Below, piece after piece: positions 38,180 to 50,600 of a DNA stretch of 64,000 nucleotides (its first letter is position 1; each line of letters opens with the position of its first letter). The translations under genes were made by a program, and so were the position numbers. The notes under the pieces are model-generated. The model was not told where the DNA came from and searched no databases. It was given only the letters and a program-made list of their open reading frames with translations. Source of the DNA: Chrysomallon squamiferum (taxonomy: Eukaryota > Animalia > Mollusca); contig CM022673.1 in NCBI GenBank assembly GCA_012295275.1, positions 2,542,001 to 2,606,000 of the forward strand, written 5' to 3'.

Positions 38180-41100
38180 CTCCACGCAACTGCACTGAAG
38201 ATGAAATGCAGTGTCGAAATGGAAACTGCATCCCTAAAGAATGGAAGTGTGATGGGGATGATGATTGTGGTGATGGCTCTGATGAAAAGTGTCGTAAGTT
38301 GTCATGTGACATCAGCTAAAACATCCAATGAAAAAAACATGTATAGTGAACTTAAATATTTATGGAATATCTGCTGTTATCCTTTTTTTGATGTCAGAAT
38401 GTCTTGGACAATGTGAAAGAATGGAATTCACAGCAGTAAAAATTGTCTTGTACATATAAAATAATTTATCTTTTTCTATAAATGGTTTATATGGTGTGTG
38501 TTGGTAATTCATATATGGAAATGTTTGTAATACCAACTTTTTTTTGAATAGTATAAAAAAAAAAAATTGTTATTTAAAATTTATAATAAATAACAATAAT
38601 AAAGAAGTAAACAAAAATTTTAAATAAATTTTCAGTTAGGATATAGTGGATAATTTTAATTTTACATGAAGAGTATAATACTTTTTAGCAATAACATTAT
38701 TGTATTTTTTTAAGAATCTGACCATTTACTCATTCTTTGAGACAGTGAAAATGTTCATGTGAGCTCATGATGTTATCTCATTATAAATACAGTTACATAC
38801 ATATTGCAAGCAAAAATAATTTTTTTCAAATTTTTGTAAAAATTTAATATTATTTTTTTCCTGAAAAAAAGTATTTAAGGATAATTACTTTAAGAACATA
38901 ATTAAAATAATCATGTTTTTTAATTTGAGAATACTTACTTTTTAAAATAATGTTTTAATTTTTTGTTCCTTTAGGCAAAAGACCGTGTAAGGACGGGGAA
39001 TTCACCTGCGGGGACGGGTCATGTATTATGCAGAACTGGGTCTGCGATCACGATATTGATTGTGCTGATTCCTCTGACGAAAGTAACTGTGGTAAGTTGT
39101 GGCTGTATAATTTGTCATTTATTTTCTTTTTAAAATATTCATGTTGCCCATGGCTACAGTGCCTGGCAAGCACTGGAAAGGATTTTCAGATTTTTTTTTT
39201 TTTTTTTAATTATTTTAATCATACTTTTAAATTTGGCTTTTCTTTTTTCTTTCTTTTTTTCTTTATGACATTTTTTGTCCATGTTTTTTATTTTTTTTAT
39301 TATTTATTATTTATTTCATCCAGGATAATTACAATAACTAAATTATAATACTGTTTTTTTTTTTTATTTATGTATATGTCTGTGTGTGTGTGTTGTTTTG
39401 GATTTTTTTAAAATTTATCTATACTCATTTTGTAAAGAAATTACATCTATACTCATTTTGTACATGTTGTTTAATTTTTTTTATTATTATTAAATTTGAT
39501 TTATAAACATTAGATGAAAATAAACCAGAAAGTTGAATTTAAAATCAATAATAACAAAGATATTTGAAAAGTTTTTTTTTAACGTTTGAACTTCACGTTG
39601 ATCATTTTACTTGTTTACTGATTGTTATTGCTGACATTTATAACAGCAAAAAATTACAAAAAAATGAAATAAAAATAACAGAAAACATGAATAAAATAAC
39701 AAAGGTGTATAAAAAATATTTTCAAAATGAAGAATTTTGTTTTTTAAATTTAATTTAAAATAAAAGAAGATACAATACAGATGGAAACATCTGATACAAC
39801 AGAATATTTGTTTTTGATGGTGTATCAGCCTTTTAGTCTTTAAAGACAGAATCAATGTATTTTAGTCATTTACTCATAAACCTTAAAGACTGCAGTCATA
39901 ACTTACCTTATAGCAGTAATATATTTTAGTCCTTTCTTCACAGTCTTTAAAGACTGGAGTAATGTATTTTAGTCCTTTCACTGTAGTCCTTAAGCCTGCT
40001 ATAGTCCTTTCCCCCTAGTCCCCCCAGTAATGTATATTAGTCCCTTTCTGTAGTCCTTAAAGACTGCACTAATGTATTTTGGTCTTTTCCCTACAGTCCT
40101 TAAAGACTGCAGCAGTGTATTTGAGATTTGTACACAAATTCGACTGATTTGCCTTTGAGACAGACATCAGGTGTTTGGAATTAATTGTTATCTTCTAAAC
40201 AGGTTAAGTGTCACTGGAGCTCACATAATGGCCCACGTTTCATGACACTGAGACAACTTGTTTTCGCAATTTGCTGGCCAAAATTTTTATTGATTACTTC
40301 TTCTTTGTCTCTTGATACTCTGGTTTGATGATGGCTTTGGGGCAACAATTTATAAAAAATTTTCTCACTCGTCTGGTTTGGGCACTTGTTGTCTACACCA
40401 TTTTCTCTTTGGAGTAGATGTGTGATTTTTAAACAGAATATTTTTTTAGCAGAAGGGAGTGAACGTTTTTCTCCCTGACCTTTTGATGATTATTTGGTTT
40501 TTATGTTTTAAATTTTCTTAAAAAAAAAAAAAAAAAAAAAAAAAAGAAATTATTATTATATTTTCATTTTTCTAAAAAAAAAAAAAAATGTAAATAGATT
40601 TTGGGTACATTGTGTCCATGTCAGCAGTGACAGGTTTAAAGATAACAGCAGAGGATTAAAATGAAATACATAAAATGCAGATGAAAATCGTTTTTACTGC
40701 CTCAGTAGGATTAAATGCAGTTGTGGTAACTTTATTCCCATGTGACGTTGAGAAATTGATTTTGAACCACGACACAAAACAGAAGGAAATGTCTTTTTTT
40801 ATGTAATTTTATTATTCACTTCTTTTTTTTTTTTTTTTTTGGTTATGTTTATGAATTCTTTTGTGAATGCATTTCTGACCAAAAAACAACAGAAAATAAG
40901 CTGTTAATATTTGATGGAATATTACGTGAAAACGTTATATTGTTGCAGTACGTGTTAAAAGGCACTGTGCTTATAACTCTTTGTATTTCACATCAGTGTA
41001 ATTATGTTTATAAGGAAGTAGAGTAGGTGGATGAATAAGTGACAAGAATTGCCCTTTTGGGTACAATAAATGATTGTATCCTGTAGTGATGTAAATGAAT

Positions 41101-44100
41101 CTTGGTTTTTTATTGGCAGAATTTTTTCTTTTTTTTTCTTCTTCTTATTTCCGAGTATTTCTGGACATGTCAGTTGTTATTAAAATGAAACTTCTGCTTT
41201 ATAACACTGTTAATAGCTTCCCTTTTTTTTTTTTTTTTTTCATCTTTTTGGATTTGTCTTTTTAGTTTTTGTTATGATACAAACTTATAACACAATTAAC
41301 ACTTATTTTTTTTTATTTTTTATTATTAAACAAAATTAAACAGATAGTTACTCAAGCATTCAAAAAACAACCACAAACCAACACGTTCTCTTAAAAGCTA
41401 TTGATCTGTAAGTAAAACGTCTGTAAACAGACCTAATTCATTTGTGATAATTTTTTTTTGATATACCTTATATAACCGTTTTTTTAATACACACTGTGTG
41501 TGTAAGTGGATACATAGAGAAAAAGAGATATGGATAGATAGATGAATGAATGAAAGGTAGGTAGCTAGATCAATAATACATATTTTTGTTTTTTGTTTGC
41601 TCACATCAGAGGATGATGAACTGCGGTGTCGAAAAGATGAGTTTAAATGTCACAGAGATGACAGCTGCATTTTGAAAATCTATGTTTGTGATGGAGAAGA
41701 TGACTGTGGAGACTGGGAAGATGAACTTCAGTGTGGTATGTGCTGCCTTGTAGTTATACCCAAGCTTCTTTCTCTGTTTTGAAAATCACTTGATGCATAT
41801 TTTAGCCTTTACATTAGTAATGATTATTTTATAAAAATAATTAAGTAATTAACGTAATTTTAACAAAAGTGTTTGTAAAAGATCTCTTGCTGCTATCAAA
41901 TATAACCTCTGCAGTGCTGTAGCAGGTTTCCTCAACATAATCAAAAGTGTACAGAAAGAAACCATTCATAAATGATTTCCATTAACTAATAATCATTCAT
42001 CTAAATGTGTAGAGCAGGGATTCCCAAACCTTTTATATATATTTTTTTTTGTTGAAACCCTAAATCCAATTTTAGCCTGGTCACGTGGCCCTAAATGTGG
42101 ATATATACAGTGCTGATTACTTTCATAATTACTGATTTATAATATTATACAGTTTTATTTAATTAATTTATATTGCTGACTAACAAACAATGAATTTCAG
42201 TAAGTTTTAATGGGATAAAATACTATTGTAATCTTGCCTTTTTAGCCAAGACATTTTAGCTATGACTTTAAGGAATACGCTGTGACCTTCAGTTGTGGGT
42301 TTGGGAACTGCTTGTGCAGAGGATATTATTACAGAAAATTCACTTGTATTTCATGAAATGTTTTATGGGCTTTCTTATTACTGGTGTTTTTACTTGATTT
42401 TAGGAAACAGTTTCTGTCGAGAGGGAGAGTTCAACTGTTCAAATGGAGTGTGTATCAGTGCTAACTGGACCTGCGATGGTGACTTTGATTGTGAAGATAG
42501 GTCTGATGAAATGAACTGTCGTAAGTATTTATGAGATGATTGATTCATATTTATAATCCACTGACTATTAGAAAATAAAATCCTTTATATAAATTTCTTG
42601 AAAAATAATGTCATATATTATTTATTTTTAGGACATTAAATATATAAATATATGTGGATATATGGACATGTATTTGTGTGAATTTTTAAAATTTTAAAAT
42701 TTTGTCGTGAATTTTTATAGACTTATATTTGGATTTCTTTAATGTTTATACATTTTTGTAAATTGTTTTTTATTACATACATATTTTTAAAGATTTTTGA
42801 GATTTGTTATTTATGTATGTAGTTTACTGATTGATTGATATGTGTCTATATATGTATATATGTATGTATGTATGTATGTATAATATTAATATTGGTTTAT
42901 TCATTCATTTATTAAATAGTTCATTTATTTATTTATTTATTTCTTATTTACTTATTTACTTACTTACTTATTTATTTATTTATTTATTTACATATTGATT
43001 TATTTACTTTCAGCAAAACCTAAGTGTGCTGCTGACCAGTTTCAGTGTGGTACAGGTCACTGTATTCGGCAGAGCTGGAGATGTGACGGGGAACTCGACT
43101 GTTCAGATAACTCTGACGAAGAAGGATGCAGTAAGTGCATTTACATAATTTCTTGTCTAAATTATGAGCTTCAAATCTAATACTTCTAGCATGTGAATAG
43201 ATGGAGAAATAATGAGCTTTCTGTGTATTGAATTACCAGAGATACATATTTTTGGTATGGCTGTGAGTTTTCTTCCCTTCTTTTTACAATGGCTTCATCA
43301 TTTTCACAAATTTCATGTCTTTAATAGGTTTATCATTTTTTCCATGTCCCTGTTACACCAGTTTAACCAGAGTTATTTAATTATCATGTATGTACTTTAT
43401 TGTATGTTCTGAAATGTTTTCCCTTTTTTTTTTTTTTTTACAATGATTTCATTATTTTCACAAATTTTATGTCTTAAATATGTTTATCAGTTTTTCCATG
43501 TCCCTATTAGACCACTTTAACCAGAGTTATTTAATTATCACATATGTACTTTATTGTATGTTCTTCCCTACTTTTTACAGTGGTTCCATAATTTCAGCAT
43601 ATTTCAGCTGTAAAAAAATACATTCATGATGTTATTTGTTTTGGTCCTCGTTTAGAATTGTTATTTTTATACCCAGATTAATTATTGTGTAAATACAAAA
43701 AACATATTTTGTTATGTCATTTAAAATACTTTTATTTTTCATTTTTGATATATTTTAAACGTAATTTTTATATATATATATATATATAAATTTTATGGGG
43801 TTTTTTATTTTTATTTTTTTAAATTGTTTTCTTTGTTAATGTCATTTTTTCTCTAAAATATATTTATTTGTACTAAATATGAAGTGTGGTATTTTCTTTA
43901 ACAGTAATATATTTATCTGTATTGAATATGAAGTGTGGTATTTTGTTTATCTAATATAACGAAAGGCTTGAGTAGCAGTATGTCTTGAATAATAACTTTC
44001 AATATAGCTAGAATGTTTCCAAGAATAAATTGGCACAGTTTCACACGTAACAGAAAAATGTTTACCATAATATTCAGTATCTATCTTTTGTGGGTAATTC

Positions 44101-44209
44101 TCAGAATGATAATTAGTATATGTTTTTATAAATTCTGATTCAGATTTAATTTATTTCTTTTAATTATTTATTTTAGTTGGTTTATTTAACCCACATCCAC
44201 CTGCACACC

Positions 44210-44248
<39 letters not shown>

Positions 44249-44611
44249 ACATACACACCCACACACATACACACACACCCACACTCACCCCCCAACACAC
44301 ACACAAAGATACAAACACACTCAATAAATCATCTATACATAAACATTGTATTTTCTTTTTTGATTCATTTTTTTTTTTTTTTTTAATTTATTTATTTACT
44401 TTATTTATTTATAATATTTTTTATGATAATACTTCAACATGTTATATGTTATGTTTTTCAGATTATAAACAGTGTAGTGCTAATCAGTTCCGATGTAAAA
44501 ATGGGAAGTGCATTGGAAGACAGAAAGTCTGCAATGGCAAATCTGAGTGTTCTGACAAGTCGGATGAGGAGAACTGCAGTAAGTATATATGTTCATGTGT
44601 GAGATGTGTGT

Positions 44612-44654
<43 letters not shown>

Positions 44655-47600
44655 CGTCGTGCACGTACTACGTACATGTGTGTTTAAATATGGTGTCAAT
44701 GTGCTTATCAGTTTGTGTGTGTGTGTGTGTTAATATTTACTTATGTATAAATATTTGGATGTGCTTCTTATATGTATTTTAGTGGTGTTTTCATAGATTA
44801 GGGTTTATATATACATTTTCAGTATCACGAGTTAGTTTCTAATCCATGTACAGTCATATCTTATTACTTTTCGGAACAAACACTATTAAGATGTTTTCAT
44901 CTAAGAAACCACCCAGAGTTTATTTACACTGAATTATGTTCATGTGAAAATATTTTCATCACACACACACACAGGACTGATTCCTTATAAAACTCTAAAT
45001 TAGAATAAGCTGAACAATTCAGTCTAAAACAGTGAAGTGACTACAATTTGACTTGTCTCTAAACTTCAGTTTTATACTCGAGGAAATTTTATTTATTTAT
45101 TTTTTTCTGTTTTTAAAATTTCATTTATAATATATTTAACAGATCTACCTCCCAGTTGTGGTGCCAACAATGGGGGTTGCTCACACAGATGTGTCCAGAC
45201 TAAAATAGGAGCAAGGTGTACGTGCAAGGTTGGATATCAGCTGAAGAAAGATGGAAAAACCTGTGCAGGTATTATTATATTTTATGTACTTATATATCTT
45301 TTATTATTATTCTATAGATTAACTGTTTCCTTCCCAAGACTGGATATATCCACTCAAATCTTTATTATCATTTAACTGCAAAAAGCAGATTTACCCCACA
45401 GCCTTAAAAAACTTTCTGATTATGCTGTTCCAATCAGACATCCTCTATAGAGACTCTGAAACACTCTATCAGCCCAGATAATGCTGCATTCTTTGGGTGT
45501 GTATATGTATGTACCTTATCAAAATTCAGCTGGCACATGAATCTTTTTGGAAGTCATGAACTGTTAGATGATATATAGTGTATTTATCCCAAAAATATGT
45601 ATGACTTGTATACATCTAGAATGAACGTTTGCTGACTTATGTCTTATAAATGTATATCAGTAAATGTAACTGGATATATTCTCCAGAAACATCAGTGAAC
45701 TCTAGAAACATCTGAAATGGTTTGTCTTGGAAATACTTTTCTTGATGTTATTTTGACTTATAAATGTCTTACAGTTGAATATAACTCTCTTTCCTACAAA
45801 ATGAATTCTTCGCATTGCTTTCAGATTTTGATGAGTGTCAGTTTGATGGGACATGCAGTCAGATATGTGAGAATACTGTGGGATCTTTCAGATGTTCATG
45901 TGTGGCAGGCTATAAGATCAAACCTGATGGTCGGGGATGTAAAGCATTGGGTTTGTACCATTTTTTTTTCTTTTATGTTTGATATTAGTAAAGAGTCATT
46001 TTATTAATTAATATTTTATTTATTGATAAAAACTTTTTTAAAAATAAAATGAGCACTTTTTTTGTTGTTGTTGTTGTTCTCATCATTTATTTATTCTTGT
46101 AAAATACATTAGTAATTAGTAAATGACTGACCATTCCCAATAATTATAACATTTAATCTCTTTTTGTGCTCCACACCAAATGAAAAAAATAATGATAATA
46201 TGTAAATAAATAAATAATAATAAATTCAATTTAAAAAGAGAAAAAAAAAGAAACTTTTGTGTTAAAATAATGTTCAGACTACTTTCTTTTTTTCTTATTG
46301 TCATTTTTTTAATTTTTTTTTTTTTTCATAAAGTTAAACTTGCCAACTAGTTTCTCTTCCCAAGAGACCTTTGACAATTTAGATGATTTGTTGTAGAACT
46401 TTTTATGAGAGTTATTTGTAATTTAATTTTAATAATGTTTTGTGAGTGTAAAAATAATGTAAAATGTATATTTTCATGTCAGGAGGTGAGGCCTACCTGA
46501 TATTTGCTAACAGAGTGGACATTCGTCGAGTGACCACTGATAGGTCAGAATACACCTCCATCTTGAGGGGGCTGCAGAATGCAATAGCTCTTGACTTCCA
46601 CCACGAGAAACAGCTTGTGTTCTGGTCAGACATCACTCTGGATAAAATCAAGAGAGCACACATGAATGGCAGTGATGTGCAGGAGATTGTCACTGATGGT
46701 TTGCAAAGTCCAGGTAAGACATAATGAAGGTTTGACAGATCATTCGCCTAAAATCCCCAGATTGCCATAATTAGGCAGTGGTTATCATTTATGTTTTAAA
46801 CCTGGTAGGCTATCAAATAATTAATTAAAAAAATTATTATTAATCTAAGTCTCATAATAAGATCTTTGCATTATTTACTCAGCATGTTCTTTGTATCTTC
46901 ATGCAAAGTGATATCCTAAAAAAATGCAGGTTTTCTTTTTTATTTTATTATTATTCTTTATGATTAGTAAAAGGTAAGTACTAAGGTGAAGTAAACATTT
47001 TGAAGGAAATAAAAATGTTATTGTTTGAATTAATAACAACTGATTTATTTCTTTTCACAACAGATAGATAGTTGTGTTACTTGGTTTGGGTATTAGATTA
47101 AAAGTGTAAATCAGTGTGATTATTTAACTCATTTCTACAGGTGGTTTGGCTGTGGACTGGGTACATGATCTCTTGTTCTGGACTGATGCTGGAACATCAA
47201 GGATTGAAGTGTCTGATTTACTGGGCAAACATCGCAAAGTTCTCATCTGGGACAAACTCGAAAAACCCAGGGCTATAGCTGCACACCCAGAAATGGGGTA
47301 AGTTATAAAAAATGAATAAAAATAAAATTTAATAATGACAATTTCAGGATTTCTTGAAAAATATGCAGAAAATAATATTTAATTTAGTAATAAAAAAAAA
47401 ATAATAATAATGTCTAATGATATCCTAATTCCAAAATAAGCATTTATCTATTGAAAAAAAAAAAAAAAGATTTTCTAGAAATTCAGTTCACTTATTCATT
47501 AATTTATAGTCTTCAGTACCAGATTTTGTTTTATTAAAATGCTCTCTACAGTTTTAATTTCCTTTATTTTTCAGAGCAATTTTCTGGACTGACTGGGGCA

Positions 47601-50600
47601 GCATTCCGAAGATAGAGCGCTCTGACATGGATGGCACACATCGCATCGTGATTGCCAACACATCGCTGTTCTGGCCCAATGGACTGACCATCGACTACGC
47701 AGCAGGCAAAGTGTACTGGGCAGATGCCAAACACCACGTCATTGAAAGTGCCGATCTCGATGGCACGCACAGGAGGACAGTTATAAGTGAAGGTACCAGA
47801 CCATGAATGTATTGTTTATATATATATATCTGTGGTATAGTCTATGTTTATCTGATATTTGTTTCACGGTCTTTGCTTAGATGATACTTGCTTCATAGCC
47901 TTTGTTTAGATAAAATCTATAATACAGCCTTTGTTTATATATTTTTTATGTAGCTTTTGTTTATTTGATATTTGTTTTTTATTTTTATATTTTTTTAATT
48001 ATTATTATCATTTTTTTTAGTAGGTGTAATAAACCTCTATTTTTTCATGTCTGCAGATTTTCTTCACCCATTTGTTTGTCTCTCTGTTTATTTCTATGTC
48101 TAGTAATATTCTATGTATAACAAACATGACATTGTATATATCTAAGTCTTCCATACTTGACTATGTTTTTCTACCTAGTCTTTGTATATATAATAAACAA
48201 GTTATTGCATATCTCTAGGTTTTACCCATTTGTTTGCGTCTATGTTTATCTATATGTCTGTTAATGTTTTTTCATAATAAACATTGTATATCTCTAGGTC
48301 TTACTCACCCATTTGTTTGTCTCTGTGTTTATCTACATTAATCTTTTTTTGTACAATAAACATGACATTCTATATCTCTAGATCTCAGTGTTTATATTCA
48401 TCTTTTTTTTTTGTTGTATATAATAAACATGACATTTTATCTTTCTAGGTCTTACTCACCTATTTGTTTGTGTCTTTGTGTTTATCTGCACTAATTGTCC
48501 TTGGATAATAAACACATTATTGTACATCTCTAGGTTTTACCCATTTGTTTGTGTCTATGTTTATCTGTATGTCTTTTAATTTTATTTTATATCATTGTGT
48601 ATCTCTAGGTCTTCCTCACCCCTTTGCCCTGACGATGTTTGAAGATGAGCTGTACTGGACAGACTGGCACACAAAGAGCATCAACAAAGCTAACAAGTTC
48701 AGTGGCAACAGCATCGAGACAGTGCGCAATCGTCTTCACTACCCCATGGACATCCACACGTTTCACCCACAGCGCCAACCCCCTGGCATTAACCAGTGTC
48801 GCAACAACGGCGGCTGCAGTCATCTGTGTCTTCCAAACAGGGTCAACTACTCGTGTGCCTGTCCCACAGGCCTCCAGCTCAATTTTGACAAAGTCACGTG
48901 CAGCAAAGGTGAATAGGCAGTTTAATCAATAAGTTATAGATCATGTGAAAAAGAGGATTAATGAGCCACAATTCTTCTTTTTTAATGCATTTTTATGCAT
49001 ACAGGTCTTCAGTGTGTTTTTGGTCTGTTCATACATATCTTACCATTCAGTATTTTTATCTAATGTAAACTAATCTAATCTAAAGTGTCTGTAATTAGGT
49101 TTATCTATCAGCTTGTCTGTCTGTCTGTCTGCTGTTTGTTTGGCTGTTTGTCTTTCTGTCTCACTACCCATCCATCCATTCATTCTGTGTTTCTGTCAAT
49201 CTAACTACCAATCTGTATACACTTAAAAAGTATTATTTTTATAATTATTCATGGCTTTCAGTTACCTTGTATTTCTGTTTTAAATGATTTATTTGTGTTT
49301 CAGATATTGGCACATTCCTGCTTTTCTCCACGCAGTCAGATATCAGACGAGTAACTCTGGGTGTTCAGCCAGAACTTGCTGATGTTGTCATCCCACTGTC
49401 AGGCATTTCCAGAGCCGTTGGGGTGGAATGGGATAGTGACACAGACTCCATATTCTGGACTGATGTTGGTTCTGATGTCATAGGAAAAGCAAGATGGGAC
49501 GGGACTGATGAAGAGGTAAATCCAAAATTTACATATTTACAATGATTCTTGGAAATAAAAATCTGTTAGTAATAGATTTTTAACTGCAGTATCTATAAAT
49601 CAGCTTTGCTTACCTATCACACATCCTAACATCTCAAGAATCTAGAAATTGATTTAGACTGTAATACTGGTGAATTGGTTTTTGATTGTAAAACTTTTAA
49701 AATGATTTTGACTCTACAGTTCTGTAAATTTTATTTAAGCATTAAAACTCACCATCTAAATATTTGTAGCTTTTGTTATATTTTATGATGTCTGATTTTT
49801 AAGTAAAGTTCAGATCTGTACAAGTGTGTTGGGCTAGTTGTGTCAGATTTTTGTATCTCGAATTTTAAGACTCCTTCCATAGGTTTAGCTTACTATAGGT
49901 AAAAATTCAAGAACTTTTTAAATGTTCCTTTGCCCTCCAAAAAAAAAGAAAAAGCATAAGATAAAAATGAACCTCCTGAGTATTCGTTAAACTTGTGTTA
50001 AAGCCATTACTTATTTTGATTTATAATTCTGTTACCAGGTTGTGATTGGAACAAGCCTGGACAGTCCAGCTGGTCTGGCACTGGACTGGGCTGGACGCAA
50101 GATCTACTGGACAGACGCTGGCAATGATCGCATTGAAGTGTCTAATTTGGATGGCAGCATGAGACTGGTTCTTCTGTGGGAAAACTTTGATCACCCACGA
50201 GACATTGTTGTAGACCCAAGAACAGGGTACGGACAGTTAATATAAATTTACAATCCAGTTTAATTTTCATGTATGTATTAAAACTCAGTTTTGTGAAGAA
50301 GATTGTATATAGATCCATTTTTTTTTATTTTTTAAATAACCATAAATTTTACGTATGACAGAACCAGGTATTACACAGCCAGTTTATTGGATAAAAACAT
50401 ACTACAGTTCAGATATAACTCAATGTACCATGACTCCCAGTGTGGCCTTTATGGGTAAAGAAATCAAAATAATAATGATTTTAATCATTGTTAACAAAAA
50501 GTACTGAAAAAGTTGAAACTGATGTAAGAAATATCTGGAGATAGTACATAATTTCTTCTTAGATGACTTTTTTCTTTCTTTTTCTTTATTTAACATCAGT

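Noticed and set aside
46480-46485. NAGNAG acceptor (CAG GAG) at exon 12
   Set aside because: It would change only one Gly, GAG acceptors are rarely used, and there is no evidence from sequence alone.
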